From NCBI GenBank assembly GCA_041653615.1, contig JBAZEZ010000003.1, positions 1,213-65,212 of the forward strand: a stretch of DNA of 64,000 nucleotides, in the 5' to 3' direction. The notes under the pieces are model-generated. The model did no database searches, was not told where the DNA came from, and worked only from the letters and a program-made list of their open reading frames with translations. Shown here in pieces: positions 29,178 through 39,329 of the stretch. The translations under genes were made by a program, and so were the position numbers. This stretch comes from Candidatus Ratteibacteria bacterium (GTDB taxonomy: Bacteria > Ratteibacteria > UBA8468 > MWAK01). Numbering within the stretch: position 1 is the first letter of the stretch; every line of letters starts with the position of its first letter.

Positions 29178-30761
29178 ATGGTCCTGCCCCGTCTGGTCGA
29201 TTTTGATTCGCAGACTGTTCCGGAGGAGGACACGGAAGTATTGGTCATCGGCAGCGGCGCGGCCGGTCTTTCCGCCAGCCTGAGCGCGGCCGGAGCCGGC
29301 CGGCGTGTTATGCTGGCGGCAAAAAGCGGTTTTCTGGATACGGCCTCTGACCTGGCCCAGGGCGGAATCGCGGTTGCCCTTTCCAAGGACGATTCTCCGG
29401 AAAAACATTTTCAGGATACGCTTAACTCCGGTTCGGGATTGGCTGACCCTGAATCCGTTAAAGTGCTGGTCCGGGAAGGTCCGGAAATAATCAGGGCGTT
29501 GCTTGCCTCCGGAGCAATTTTCACCCGGGATGGTTCCGGACTTGTTTTTACCCGGGAAGGCGGTCACTCGTTACCGCGCATTATCTATGCTTCCGGAGAC
29601 CGCAGCGGCGCGGAAGTAATTCGTACCCTCTCACCTCTTGTCCTCCAAAACCGTCGGATTGAAATCAGGGAAAAATATTTTTTGATAGACCTTATTACTT
29701 CGGGAAATTCAGTTATCGGCGGGCTTTTTTTTGAAGGGGAAAAAAAGATTCCTTTTTTTGTCCGGGCCGCCAGCGTGGTTTTGGCAACCGGCGGTCTCGG
29801 CCGGTTGTTTCAGGAGACGACCAATCCCACCATTTCTACCGGAGATGGTATGGCGGCGGCTTATCGCAGCGGGGCAACTCTGCGGGATTTGGAATTTGTT
29901 CAATTTCATCCAACTGTTTTTTACGTGGCCGGCGCCCCGCGTTTTTTGATTTCCGAAGCGGTTAGAGGCGAAGGCGCGGTCTTGGTCAACGACCGGCAGG
30001 AACATTTTATGCGTTCCTACCATCCGGACGCGGAGCTTGCTTCCCGCGATGTGGTTTCCCGGGCTATTCTGGACCAGATGAAACGCCAGGCCGCCCGGAA
30101 CGTTTATCTGGATTGTCGTTCTATCGGCGCCAATTTCAAGAAGCGGTTTCCCTCCATTTACGCTATGGTCCAGCGTTTTCGGATAGACCCGGCACATGAC
30201 CTTATTCCGGTTCGTCCGGCAGCCCATTACATGATGGGTGGAGTTAAGACTAATTCTAGCGGGGCGGTGGAGGATTTGGAAAATCTTTTTGCCTGCGGAG
30301 AGGTTGCCTGCACCGGTGTTCATGGCGCCAACCGGTTGGGCAGTAATTCGCTTCTGGAGTGCCTGGTTTTTGGAAACAGGGCCGGGTCTGCGGCTGCCGC
30401 CGGGAAGCATATTTTCCGGGGCCGTGTTCAGTTCACCCGGCGCTGGAAAGATTTCCATTTGGATGTGACCGATATCAAGAGGTCACTTAACGCGTTGGTC
30501 TGGCGTCATTGCGGCATAGAGCGGGAAGGTAACGACCTGAAGTTTGCTCTGGAGAAACTAAAAGAATGGCAAAGTTATGCTCTTTCCGCTCGTTTTTTTG
30601 ATTCTTCCGGTTGGGAAACGCAAAATATGCTTTTGCTTGCCGGTTTGATTGCGCAAAGCGCTTTGGAAAGGACTGAAAGTCGGGGTGCGCATTTCCGTAC
30701 CGATTTCCCGGAAAGAGATGATAAGGAATGGCTCAGGCATATCGACCGAAAGATTAACTAA
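29178..30761 (+). CDS. nadB: L-aspartate oxidase
   Basis: FAD-binding VLVIGSGAAGLSASL, RSGATLRDLEFVQFHPT; ATG immediately after upstream TAA (the track's 29166 start is a TTG). Confidence 0.85.
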   Translation: MVLPRLVDFDSQTVPEEDTEVLVIGSGAAGLSASLSAAGAGRRVMLAAKSGFLDTASDLAQGGIAVALSKDDSPEKHFQDTLNSGSGLADPESVKVLVREGPEIIRALLASGAIFTRDGSGLVFTREGGHSLPRIIYASGDRSGAEVIRTLSPLVLQNRRIEIREKYFLIDLITSGNSVIGGLFFEGEKKIPFFVRAASVVLATGGLGRLFQETTNPTISTGDGMAAAYRSGATLRDLEFVQFHPTVFYVAGAPRFLISEAVRGEGAVLVNDRQEHFMRSYHPDAELASRDVVSRAILDQMKRQAARNVYLDCRSIGANFKKRFPSIYAMVQRFRIDPAHDLIPVRPAAHYMMGGVKTNSSGAVEDLENLFACGEVACTGVHGANRLGSNSLLECLVFGNRAGSAAAAGKHIFRGRVQFTRRWKDFHLDVTDIKRSLNALVWRHCGIEREGNDLKFALEKLKEWQSYALSARFFDSSGWETQNMLLLAGLIAQSALERTESRGAHFRTDFPERDDKEWLRHIDRKIN

Positions 30762-30778
30762 AGAGAAGCAAATTAATT

Positions 30779-30894
30779 GGACGCAGATTACCGCTGATAA
30801 TCGCAGATACAGATTAAACATTGCTCGAAAAGTACCTTAAAATTATCTTTCATCCTTGATCTTTATCCGGCTGTTTCCGCGTATATCTGCGTCC
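30779..30894. mobile_element. MITE-like element with GGACGCAGAT / ATCTGCGTCC inverted termini (copy 3)
   Basis: 116 bp between nadB and trpE; internal GATAATCGCAGATACAGATTAAA shared with copy 1. Confidence 0.6.
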
Positions 30895-30904
30895 TATTTG
30901 TTTT

Positions 30905-32419
30905 ATGGAAATCTATCCCTCTTTTAAGGAGTTTGAGCGCTTGGCGAAAGAAGCCAATTTTATCCCGGTTTCCTGCGAGATTTTAGCTGATTTGGAAACG
31001 CCGGTTTCCGCCTATTTTAAGGTGGTGGGCGTTCAGCCCGGTTTTCTGCTGGAAAGCGCTGAAGGCGGTGAGCGCTTTGGCCGTTATTCATTTCTGGGGA
31101 CCGATCCGAGCGCGATTATTCGCACCAAAGGGAATCGGATTGAAATTGAAACGGGAACCGCAAAAGAAGTAAAGGAAGAAAACCCATTTCCGTTTTTGCG
31201 TAAGTACCTTGCCGGGTTTAAGGTGGCTGTTGACCCGACGCTTCCCCGTTTTTCCGGCGGATTGGTCGGCTATTTTTCCTACGACGTTGTTCGATTTTTC
31301 GAGAACCTGCCGGACATTAAAGAAGATGACCAAAAATTGCCGGATATGCAGTTATTTCTGGCCGATACTATCCTTGCTTTTGATCATTTCCGGCACCGGC
31401 TTAAAATTATAACGCACGCTCGTCCCGAAAATGGTTCCGAGAAAGCTTATGAGGGCGCGAAAAGAAGGATAAAGGAAATAATCAGTCGTCTGCGCAGTAA
31501 TGTATCGGTTGGACAGGCGTCCGCCCGCGCTAAAGACGCGGTGGACGAACTTTCAGGTTCGCCAACGGGAAAATTTCAGTTTCAGAGTAATTTTAGCCGT
31601 CCGGAATTTGAAAACGCGGTTCTTAAAGCAAAAGAATATATTCAGAAAGGTGACGCGATTCAAATTGTTCTTTCCCAGCGGCTCCGCGTTGATTATCCGA
31701 AACCCGGGCCTGACCCTTTCGACCTCTATCGTGCTATTCGCGCCATAAATCCTTCCCCGTATCTTTATTATTTCAATTTCAGTGAAACCATTTTAGTCGG
31801 TTCGTCTCCGGAAGTGATGGTACGCCTGGAAGAAGGTAAGGCTACTTTGAGGCCGATTGCCGGGACCAGGCCGCGGGGCCAAAATGAGCCGGAAGACCGG
31901 GAATTAGGAGAGGATTTAAAAAAAGACGAAAAAGAGAGGGCGGAGCACATTATGTTGGTTGATTTGGGCCGTAATGATTTAGGCCGGGTCTGCCAGCCCG
32001 GAACGGTTAAGGTAACCGAACTGATGGCGGTGGAAAAGTATTCACACGTAATGCACCTGGTGAGCAATATTACCGGTGACCTGCGGTCGGATAAGGATGC
32101 TTTTGATCTTTTCTCCGCCGTATTTCCGGCCGGCACTGTTTCCGGCGCGCCTAAAATTCGGGCGATGGAAATAATCGAAGAATTGGAACCGGTTAAACGC
32201 GGTCTTTACGCCGGAGCGGTCGGTTATTTTGATTTTTCCGGAAACCTTGATACTTGTATTACCATCCGGACAGTCTGGATTGAAGACGGCAAGGCCTATC
32301 TTCAGGTGGGCGCCGGTATCGTGGCCGATTCGGTTCCGTCCAGGGAATATGAAGAAACGTTGAATAAAGGCCGGGCGTTTTTGGAGGCGCTCCGTCTGGC
32401 ATCGTCGGGACTTTTATGA
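30905..32419 (+). CDS. trpE: anthranilate synthase component I
   Basis: 504 aa chorismate-binding enzyme (LVDLGRNDLGRV, GAPK.RAMEII); followed by its amidotransferase partner. Confidence 0.85.
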   Translation: MEIYPSFKEFERLAKEANFIPVSCEILADLETPVSAYFKVVGVQPGFLLESAEGGERFGRYSFLGTDPSAIIRTKGNRIEIETGTAKEVKEENPFPFLRKYLAGFKVAVDPTLPRFSGGLVGYFSYDVVRFFENLPDIKEDDQKLPDMQLFLADTILAFDHFRHRLKIITHARPENGSEKAYEGAKRRIKEIISRLRSNVSVGQASARAKDAVDELSGSPTGKFQFQSNFSRPEFENAVLKAKEYIQKGDAIQIVLSQRLRVDYPKPGPDPFDLYRAIRAINPSPYLYYFNFSETILVGSSPEVMVRLEEGKATLRPIAGTRPRGQNEPEDRELGEDLKKDEKERAEHIMLVDLGRNDLGRVCQPGTVKVTELMAVEKYSHVMHLVSNITGDLRSDKDAFDLFSAVFPAGTVSGAPKIRAMEIIEELEPVKRGLYAGAVGYFDFSGNLDTCITIRTVWIEDGKAYLQVGAGIVADSVPSREYEETLNKGRAFLEALRLASSGLL

Positions 32420-32473
32420 TCGTGAATCGTGAACGGTGAACGGGAACAGACTAAAAATAATCTTGACAAAACT

Positions 32474-33043
32474 ATGGTTTTACTAATTGATAACTACGAT
32501 TCTTTTACCTACAATATTTTTCAGGAGATTTCGGAATTGGGCGCCGAGGTTCGGGTTATCCGTAATGACCGGATTACGATTGACGGTGTTTTGCAGATGG
32601 CGCCGGAGAGGGTGGTGGTTTCACCGGGTCCGGGTCGACCGGAAAATGCCGGTATCTCGGTTTCTCTGATTAAGAAACTGGCGGGAAAGATTCCGGTTTT
32701 GGGGGTTTGTCTTGGTCACCAGGCGCTTGGATATGCGTATGGCGGCAAGATTATCGGAGCGAAGCGGTTGATGCACGGCAAGACTTCGCTGATTTTTCAC
32801 GACGGTTCCGGAATTTTTACCGGAATTCCGAATCCTTTTGAAGCGACCCGCTACCATTCCTTGTTGGTTGAAAAGGCGACCCTTCCGGATTCTTTTAAGA
32901 TTATTGCCTGGACCGAAGATGGTGAGATTATGGGTTTGCAGGTGAAGGGTTTACCGCTTTTCGGTGTTCAGTTCCATCCGGAGTCAATTCTGACCAAAGA
33001 GGGCATTAACATTCTGCGGAACTTCCTGAACTACGGTGAGTAG
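32474..33043 (+). CDS. trpG: anthranilate synthase component II / class I glutamine amidotransferase (TrpG or PabA)
   Basis: MVLLIDNYDSFTYN start; GVCLGHQ catalytic Cys; HPES. Confidence 0.85.
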   Translation: MVLLIDNYDSFTYNIFQEISELGAEVRVIRNDRITIDGVLQMAPERVVVSPGPGRPENAGISVSLIKKLAGKIPVLGVCLGHQALGYAYGGKIIGAKRLMHGKTSLIFHDGSGIFTGIPNPFEATRYHSLLVEKATLPDSFKIIAWTEDGEIMGLQVKGLPLFGVQFHPESILTKEGINILRNFLNYGE

Positions 33044-33102
33044 TGAATTGTGAACGGTGAATGGCAACTGATTTAATGCTTGAATCTTTTACGATTCACT
33101 AT

Positions 33103-34215
33103 TTACAGTTTTTTACTTTTCGGATAGGTACGCCGGGTAGTGCGTTTTTCAAAATCTTCCAACAGTCGGCGTTCTTCGGTGGTTAGGTTTATCGGTGTTT
33201 CAATCGTTATCCGCACTAACTGGTCTCCCCGTCCGTAACCGGAAATATTCGGCATACCTCTTCCGCGCAGGCGCAAAACGGTACCGGTTTGCGTTCCAAC
33301 CGGTATTTTCATCCGGACATCTCCCTTGAGAGTCGGTACTTCTTTTTCTGTTCCGAGCGCTGCTTCGGTAAAGGTAATAAACTGTTCGTAAAGAAGGTTG
33401 TTTCCCTCCCGTCGGAACAAAGGGTCTTCTTCCACAAAAACGTTGAGGTAAAGGTTGCCGGCCGGACCCTTTTGAATCCCGACGTTACCTTTGCCGTGGA
33501 TACGCAGTTTTGACCCGTTTTCAATACCGGCCGGAATTGTTACCTGGAGACGTTCTTTTTCTCTCACCCTGCCTTTTCCGTTGCAGTCGCGGCAGGGTTT
33601 TTCAATAACTTCTCCGCCGCCGCCGCATCTCGGACAGGTTTGGCTGACAGAAAAGAAACCTTGATTGTGCCTGATCTGTCCGTCCCCGTCGCACTGGGGG
33701 CAGGGCCGCTTGCCGGTGCCGGCTGACGCACCGGTGCCCTTACAGGATTGGCAGGTGGTCAGCCGCGTCAGCGATACTTCTTTCTTAACACCTTCCGCGG
33801 CTTCTTTTAGCGGGATGCTGACTGAAGCTTCTATGTCTTCCCCGCGAAAAACCTGTTCCCGCTGTCTGGAACCGGTTCCGGACGCCCCGCGAAAAAAACT
33901 GAAGAGGTCGTCAATGGAACCGCCGCCAAAAATATCTCCAAAGTCTTGTTGGACCCGGCCCCAATCATCGGTTGGGTTGAAGCCGCTGTTTTCAATTCCC
34001 GGAAAACCGAATTGGTCGTAAGTGGCGCGTTTCTGGGAATCGCTCAAGACTTCGTAAGATTCGGTTGCTTCCCGGAATTTTCCCTCCGCTTCTTTGTTGC
34101 CGGGATTCCGGTCGGGGTGAAACTGGAGCGCCAGTTTTCGGTAGGCTTCCTTGATATCGTCGTTGCTGGCGTCTTTCTTGACGCCTAAAACTTCATAGTA
34201 ATCTCTCTTGGCCAT
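33103..34215 (-). CDS. dnaJ: molecular chaperone DnaJ
   Basis: 370 aa; J domain with HPDRN; four CxxCxGxG zinc-finger repeats; C-terminal domains. Confidence 0.93.
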   Translation of the reverse strand: MAKRDYYEVLGVKKDASNDDIKEAYRKLALQFHPDRNPGNKEAEGKFREATESYEVLSDSQKRATYDQFGFPGIENSGFNPTDDWGRVQQDFGDIFGGGSIDDLFSFFRGASGTGSRQREQVFRGEDIEASVSIPLKEAAEGVKKEVSLTRLTTCQSCKGTGASAGTGKRPCPQCDGDGQIRHNQGFFSVSQTCPRCGGGGEVIEKPCRDCNGKGRVREKERLQVTIPAGIENGSKLRIHGKGNVGIQKGPAGNLYLNVFVEEDPLFRREGNNLLYEQFITFTEAALGTEKEVPTLKGDVRMKIPVGTQTGTVLRLRGRGMPNISGYGRGDQLVRITIETPINLTTEERRLLEDFEKRTTRRTYPKSKKL

Positions 34216-34471
34216 CGTGTTATACCATGAAAAACGTAGCGCGATCCTTTTCGGGTCGCTAATGTACAGGAGGGGTTTGTTATTCTTATTATAGTATTTT
34301 ACCCTATTCGCGTATTTTTTTCAATTTCACAACAAGGTTTAAGGAGTTTCCATGTTTTACGATTTTTGCCGCAGATTGAGAGGGTGGTTTCCCGGATTTG
34401 CGAGCGCATTTGACCTTAATGTATTTTTGATTTAAAATATAGCCAGATAACAATATGGTTATATTAATGCT

Positions 34472-35440
34472 ATGAATATCTTTCTCCCCCTAAAAATTCT
34501 GGCTGATTGGTTTACCTTTCAAGTTTTTCGGGTTCCCCGTGAAACCCTGGCCGCGGAAGCCGTGAATTTTTTCATCTTTGATACGGTCAAAATCTTTATA
34601 CTTCTCCTGGTAATCATTTTCACGGTGTCAATTATCCGTTCATTTTTGCCGCCGGAAAGAGTACGGGCAATTCTACTGCGTAAGAATAAATATGCCGGTA
34701 ACGTCCTGGCCTCTCTGTTAGGTATTATCACCCCGTTTTGCACCTGCAGCGCCATTCCGCTCTTCCTGGGGTTCGTGGAAGCCGGCGTGCCGCTTGGAGT
34801 TACCTTTTCCTTCTTGGTTTCTTCCCCGATGATTAACGAGGTGGCTTTAATTATGCTGGCGGGAATGTTCGGTTGGAAAATCGCCCTGGTCTATATTGTG
34901 AGCGGTTTGATAATCGCTATTGTTTCCGGGATTATTATCGGTTCCCTGAGAGTTGAAAATTTGTTGGAGGATTTTGTTTTACAAAATAAGATAGACGCTT
35001 CTTATTTCGGCACAAAATTATCGTGGCCGGAAAGAATGGCATACGCTAAAAGCTATACCGGTGATATTCTAAAAAAAGTTTGGCCTTACGTGTTGGTTGG
35101 AATCGGGGTAGGCGCCTGGATACACGGTTACGTGCCGGCCAATTTTTTGGCAAAGTTTGCCGGGGCCGGGAAATGGTACGCGGTGCCGCTGGCAACGCTT
35201 ATCGGAATTCCGCTTTACTCCAACGCGGCCGGCATAATTCCGCTGGTCAGCGCTTTGACGGAAAAAGGGGTTAGCCTGGGAACCGTTCTCGCTTTCATGA
35301 TGGCGGTCACTGGGTTGTCCCTGCCTGAATTTTTGATTCTGCGGCGGGTAATGAAAGCGAAACTCGTTTTTATCTTTGCCGGCATTGTGGGTGTCGGAAT
35401 TATTTTTACCGGTTATTTGTTTAACCTGATATTAAAATGA
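34472..35440 (+). CDS. DUF318/ArsP-type permease
   Basis: 322 aa; TPFCTCSAIPLF motif of this permease family; co-located with arsR and redox-active disulfide protein. Confidence 0.75.
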   Translation: MNIFLPLKILADWFTFQVFRVPRETLAAEAVNFFIFDTVKIFILLLVIIFTVSIIRSFLPPERVRAILLRKNKYAGNVLASLLGIITPFCTCSAIPLFLGFVEAGVPLGVTFSFLVSSPMINEVALIMLAGMFGWKIALVYIVSGLIIAIVSGIIIGSLRVENLLEDFVLQNKIDASYFGTKLSWPERMAYAKSYTGDILKKVWPYVLVGIGVGAWIHGYVPANFLAKFAGAGKWYAVPLATLIGIPLYSNAAGIIPLVSALTEKGVSLGTVLAFMMAVTGLSLPEFLILRRVMKAKLVFIFAGIVGVGIIFTGYLFNLILK

Positions 35441-35832
35441 ATAATTCCCTGAAAGAATTAACCGGTATTTTTAAAGCCCTGGGTGACCGGAACCGGTTTC
35501 GAATTGTCAAAATGCTGCAGAAGAGACCGCTTTGCGTCTGCGAAATCAGGGAAATTTTGGGTATCTCTCAGCCGGCTGTTTCCCGTCATGTAAATATCCT
35601 GAAGAACGCCGGACTGATAGAGGATGAAAAGAACGGAGTCTGGAATAATTGTCGGCTTCCCGAAATCATTCAAAATGAATCGGTTGCCGCAATCCTAAAA
35701 TACCTTGAATATCGCGGCAACAAAGACGGCCGAATAATTAGTGATTGCCGGAAAGCGTCTGGCGTTAATCGTAAAGATATTTGCGCCCGAAAGAAGAAAA
35801 GAGTTCCTTCTCCCCTGCGGGGAGAAGGTTAG
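35437..35832 (+). CDS. ArsR/SmtB-family transcriptional regulator
   Basis: 131 aa; wHTH LCVCEIREILGISQPAVSRHVNILKNAGLI. Confidence 0.85.
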   Translation: MNNSLKELTGIFKALGDRNRFRIVKMLQKRPLCVCEIREILGISQPAVSRHVNILKNAGLIEDEKNGVWNNCRLPEIIQNESVAAILKYLEYRGNKDGRIISDCRKASGVNRKDICARKKKRVPSPLRGEG

Positions 35833-35860
35833 GGTGAGAGAGAAGGGGGGGGGAAGATGA
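35810..35860. repeat. palindrome CCTTCTCCCCTGCGGGGAGAAGG followed by a G-run; related to the CTCCCC/GGGGAG element inserted in rimO
   Basis: perfect 9-bp stem hairpin overlapping the arsR stop; same CTCCCC-N4-GGGGAG architecture as 54870-55020. Confidence 0.5.
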
Positions 35861-36087
35861 AGATTGAAATTCTCGGTTCTGGTTGCGCTAAATGCAAACA
35901 ACTCAACGCTAGCGTAAAAACAGCCGTAAAAGAATTAGGATTGTCGGTTGAGGTTGTTAAGGTTACCGAGATTGCCAAAATCGTTGCTTACGGCGTGATG
36001 CTGACACCGGCCCTGGTAATTGACGGTAAAGTCAAATCAAGCGGCCGGAACCTGTCTGTTGCCGAAATCAAGAAAATTATTTCCTAA
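35857..36087 (+). CDS. small thioredoxin-fold redox-active disulfide protein
   Basis: 76 aa; GCAKCK motif; VIDGKV; classic partner of the DUF318 permease and ArsR. Confidence 0.8.
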   Translation: MKIEILGSGCAKCKQLNASVKTAVKELGLSVEVVKVTEIAKIVAYGVMLTPALVIDGKVKSSGRNLSVAEIKKIIS

Positions 36088-36096
36088 GCAAGGGAG

Positions 36097-36681
36097 ATGA
36101 TAATGTCGAAAAAAACTATCAGCAAAACAGTTTTTCTGGTTATTTTAGTTGTTATGTTTGCTTTGTTTATGTTACAGCAAAAAGGCAAGCAATCTGTTCC
36201 TGCGCCAAATGTTCCGGTGGTGGAAAAAACAGAGGCGGCCATATCCGGGTTTCGCCGAGGCGAGCTTCGTCCAGACGAGCCGAACTTGCTTTCTTCGGCT
36301 CAAGATATAAGCAAGAGCGAAAAGAAATTACCTGCCCAAAGCAGCACCGTTAAGGTAAAAGAAAAGCAGGTAGGTCCTGCGCCGAATCAAAAATTACCCC
36401 GCCTGGTTGACTTGGGTGCCAAAACGTGCGTTCCCTGTAAGATGATGGCGCCTATCCTGGAAGAATTGCGGAACGAATACAAAGGGAAACTACAGGTTGA
36501 ATTTATTGACGTGTGGGAAAATCAATCAGCCGGAGACCATTATAAAATACGGTTTATTCCCACCCAGATTTTCTTTGACCCGTCCGGAAAGGAGTTATTT
36601 CGCCATGTAGGTTTTATGAGCAAAGAAGACATTTTGTTTAAATGGTGGGAACGGGGTCTTAATCTAATTGCCGAACATTGA
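36097..36681 (+). CDS. membrane-anchored thioredoxin-like protein (CxxC)
   Basis: 194 aa; N-terminal TM; CVPCKMMAPILEEL thioredoxin active-site context. Confidence 0.7.
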   Translation: MIMSKKTISKTVFLVILVVMFALFMLQQKGKQSVPAPNVPVVEKTEAAISGFRRGELRPDEPNLLSSAQDISKSEKKLPAQSSTVKVKEKQVGPAPNQKLPRLVDLGAKTCVPCKMMAPILEELRNEYKGKLQVEFIDVWENQSAGDHYKIRFIPTQIFFDPSGKELFRHVGFMSKEDILFKWWERGLNLIAEH

Positions 36682-37387
36682 TACAATGTACGCGCTTTTT
36701 AATTATCTGGCGCACGCAATTGAAGGGACTCCTTTAATTGCTGTTTCTGCCTCTATCGCGTGGGGTATCTTAAGCATTCTTCTTAGTCCCTGCCATCTGG
36801 CAAGTATTCCACTTATCGTAGGATTTATTAATGGGCAGGGAAAGATATCTACCAGAAGGGCGTTTTCCGTATCCGTTATTTTTGCTTCCGGAATCCTTCT
36901 GTCGATAGCGCTTGTCGGGGTAATTACGGCCGCAGCGGGAAGAATGTTGGGCGATGTCGGCAGGTTTGGAAATTACTTCGTCGCAGTTATCTTTTTCATC
37001 TTCGGTTTGCATCTGATCGGCGTCATCCCGCTGTCATTTTCCGGCCCGGGGCAAATTGCCATGAAGCGAAAGGGGACGGCGGCGGCGTTTATCCTGGGGC
37101 TTGTTTTCGGAATTGCGTTGGGTCCGTGCACTTTTGCCTATATGGCTCCCATGCTTACGGTTGCCTTCAAGCTGTCGGCAACCAACCTGGTTTACGGTTT
37201 GTTATTGTTTCTTTCGTACGGGGTAGGACATTGTTCGGTAATTATTTTTGCCGGAACTTTTACGGAGGTTGTCCAATATTACCTCAATTGGAGTGAGAAG
37301 TCAAAAGGAGCAATAATTTTGAAAAAAATCTGCGGCTTACTGGTTGTTCTGGGTGGTGTATATATGCTTTATACTATACGGAGATAA
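36668..37387 (+). CDS. ccdA: cytochrome c biogenesis / disulfide-reductant transporter CcdA (DsbD transmembrane domain)
   Basis: 239 aa; two conserved Cys in TM segments (SPCHLASIPL ; GPCTFAYMAP). Confidence 0.8.
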   Translation: MPNIDTMYALFNYLAHAIEGTPLIAVSASIAWGILSILLSPCHLASIPLIVGFINGQGKISTRRAFSVSVIFASGILLSIALVGVITAAAGRMLGDVGRFGNYFVAVIFFIFGLHLIGVIPLSFSGPGQIAMKRKGTAAAFILGLVFGIALGPCTFAYMAPMLTVAFKLSATNLVYGLLLFLSYGVGHCSVIIFAGTFTEVVQYYLNWSEKSKGAIILKKICGLLVVLGGVYMLYTIRR

Positions 37388-37390
37388 CTA

Positions 37391-38443
37391 ATGATGAAAG
37401 AATCAATTACGAAAAAGTTGTTGTTTTTGGACCGTTATTTGACGCTATGGATTTTTTCGGCCTTGATTTTCGGGGTCAGCCTGGGGTATTTCATCCCATC
37501 CATTGCTGGTTTTTGGGACCGGTTTACTTTCGGCACTACCAATGTCCCCATCGCCATCGGCCTGATTTTGATGATGTATCCTCCGCTGGCTAAAGTCAAA
37601 TACGAAGAACTCGGTGATGTTTTCAAAGACTGGAAAATATTGGGTATTTCCCTTTTGCAGAACTGGGTAATCGGTCCGATCTTGATGTTTTTTCTGGCGA
37701 TCGTTTTTCTGCGGGGATATCCGGAATATATGGTCGGGCTGATTATGATCGGGCTGGCCCGCTGTATTGCCATGGTAATTGTCTGGAACGACCTGGCGCA
37801 AGGCGACACTGAATACGCGGCCGGACTGGTGGCGTTTAACAGTATTTTTCAGGTGTTGTTCTATTCTGTCTTTGCCTGGATATTTATCACTAAATTACCG
37901 CCGTTGTTCGGCCTCAAGGGAATTGCCGTGAACATTACCATCGGGCAAATCGCCAAGAGTGTTTTTATCTATCTCGGCATTCCTTTCCTGGCGGGACTTG
38001 TTACGCGTTTTGGGTTGCTTAAGTTTAAGAGTAAAGAATGGTATCATACCAAATTTATCCCCAGGATAAGCCCGCTTACTCTGATTGCGCTTCTTTTTAC
38101 CATTGTGGTTATGTTCAGTCTGAAAGGCGGGTATATCGTAAAAATTCCGCTGGATGTTGTCCGGATTGCCATTCCGTTGTTGATTTACTTTGTGGTAATG
38201 TTCCTGGTGAGTTTTTACCTGGGCAGGCGATTTAAAGCCGGTTACGCTAAAACCACTACGCTGGCTTTTACCGCCGCGAGTAATAATTTTGAATTGGCGA
38301 TAGCGATGGCGGTGGCCGTTTTCGGAATTAATTCAGGCGCTGCTTTCGCGGCGGTAATCGGTCCGCTGGTGGAAGTGCCGGTGATGGTCGGGTTGGTCGG
38401 TGTTGCTTTACGCCTTAAAAACATGCGTCAGGCCCCGGCCTGA
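37391..38443 (+). CDS. acr3: arsenite efflux transporter, ACR3 family
   Basis: 350 aa; [11 protein letters not shown]...[21 protein letters not shown]3 signature. Confidence 0.85.
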   Translation: MMKESITKKLLFLDRYLTLWIFSALIFGVSLGYFIPSIAGFWDRFTFGTTNVPIAIGLILMMYPPLAKVKYEELGDVFKDWKILGISLLQNWVIGPILMFFLAIVFLRGYPEYMVGLIMIGLARCIAMVIVWNDLAQGDTEYAAGLVAFNSIFQVLFYSVFAWIFITKLPPLFGLKGIAVNITIGQIAKSVFIYLGIPFLAGLVTRFGLLKFKSKEWYHTKFIPRISPLTLIALLFTIVVMFSLKGGYIVKIPLDVVRIAIPLLIYFVVMFLVSFYLGRRFKAGYAKTTTLAFTAASNNFELAIAMAVAVFGINSGAAFAAVIGPLVEVPVMVGLVGVALRLKNMRQAPA

Positions 38444-39211
38444 TTTGGGATGAAGCAGGACAATCATTAATCCGCCTACAATGTTGCCGATGGTTACCGG
38501 GATGAGGTTTCTGAATATTTCCCAAAAACGCGAAAAGAATTGTCCGCTGGCCATAAGTCCGGCCGGGATGAAGTACATGTTGGCAATGGAGTGTTCGTAT
38601 CCTGAGGCGACAAACACCATAATGGGAAAATAGATTCCGAATATTTTACCGGCTATGGTCTTTGAAGATAAACACATAATTACTGCCAGGCAGACCAGCA
38701 TATTACAGAGTATTCCCCGGTAGAAACCCTGGAAGAAGGTCAGGGAAATTTTACTCTCGGCAATTCTTGCCGCGATGTTGCCGGCGGTGCTGGTTAAAGC
38801 GTTGGTTTGTAATAATCCGGAACTGAATACCAGGTAGGCCAGAAGCAATCCGCCGATAAAGTTGCCCAGGTAAACCACCAACCAGTTTCTCAACATTTTT
38901 GAAACGCCGTATTTTTTGCCGAGCAAACCGATTACCATCAGGATGTTACCGGTGAAAAGTTCTGCGCCGGGAATGAGAACCAGCATTAAACCCACGCTAA
39001 AGACGGTACCCGCCAGAAATTTTCCGAATCCCGGGTCAAGCGTTCCGCCGCTCAGGACGGCGGTAGCCGCCGCCGCTCCGAATCCGATGTAAATACCGGC
39101 CAGAATTCCGTAAACAAAGAGGTCAAAAAGGGAAGAAGTCGCTTTTACTTCCCCGATTGCAATCAACGACCGGGATACTTCCTTCGGTTGCAAAAACAGG
39201 TTTTCACTCAT
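38408..39211 (-). CDS. formate/nitrite transporter (FNT) family channel
   Basis: 267 aa; FocA/NirC-like helices ([18 protein letters not shown]). Confidence 0.8.
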   Translation of the reverse strand: MSENLFLQPKEVSRSLIAIGEVKATSSLFDLFVYGILAGIYIGFGAAAATAVLSGGTLDPGFGKFLAGTVFSVGLMLVLIPGAELFTGNILMVIGLLGKKYGVSKMLRNWLVVYLGNFIGGLLLAYLVFSSGLLQTNALTSTAGNIAARIAESKISLTFFQGFYRGILCNMLVCLAVIMCLSSKTIAGKIFGIYFPIMVFVASGYEHSIANMYFIPAGLMASGQFFSRFWEIFRNLIPVTIGNIVGGLMIVLLHPKSGRGLTHVFKA

Positions 39212-39329
39212 AATTCATACCTACGTGTCATTTCGGAGAACGTTTTTTGCGCGGGTTCCTTATCTGATGTTCCGGATAGGGCGCGGTAATCTCACGTTTT
39301 CATAATTATAACTCGTGCCCGGAAAAAAA

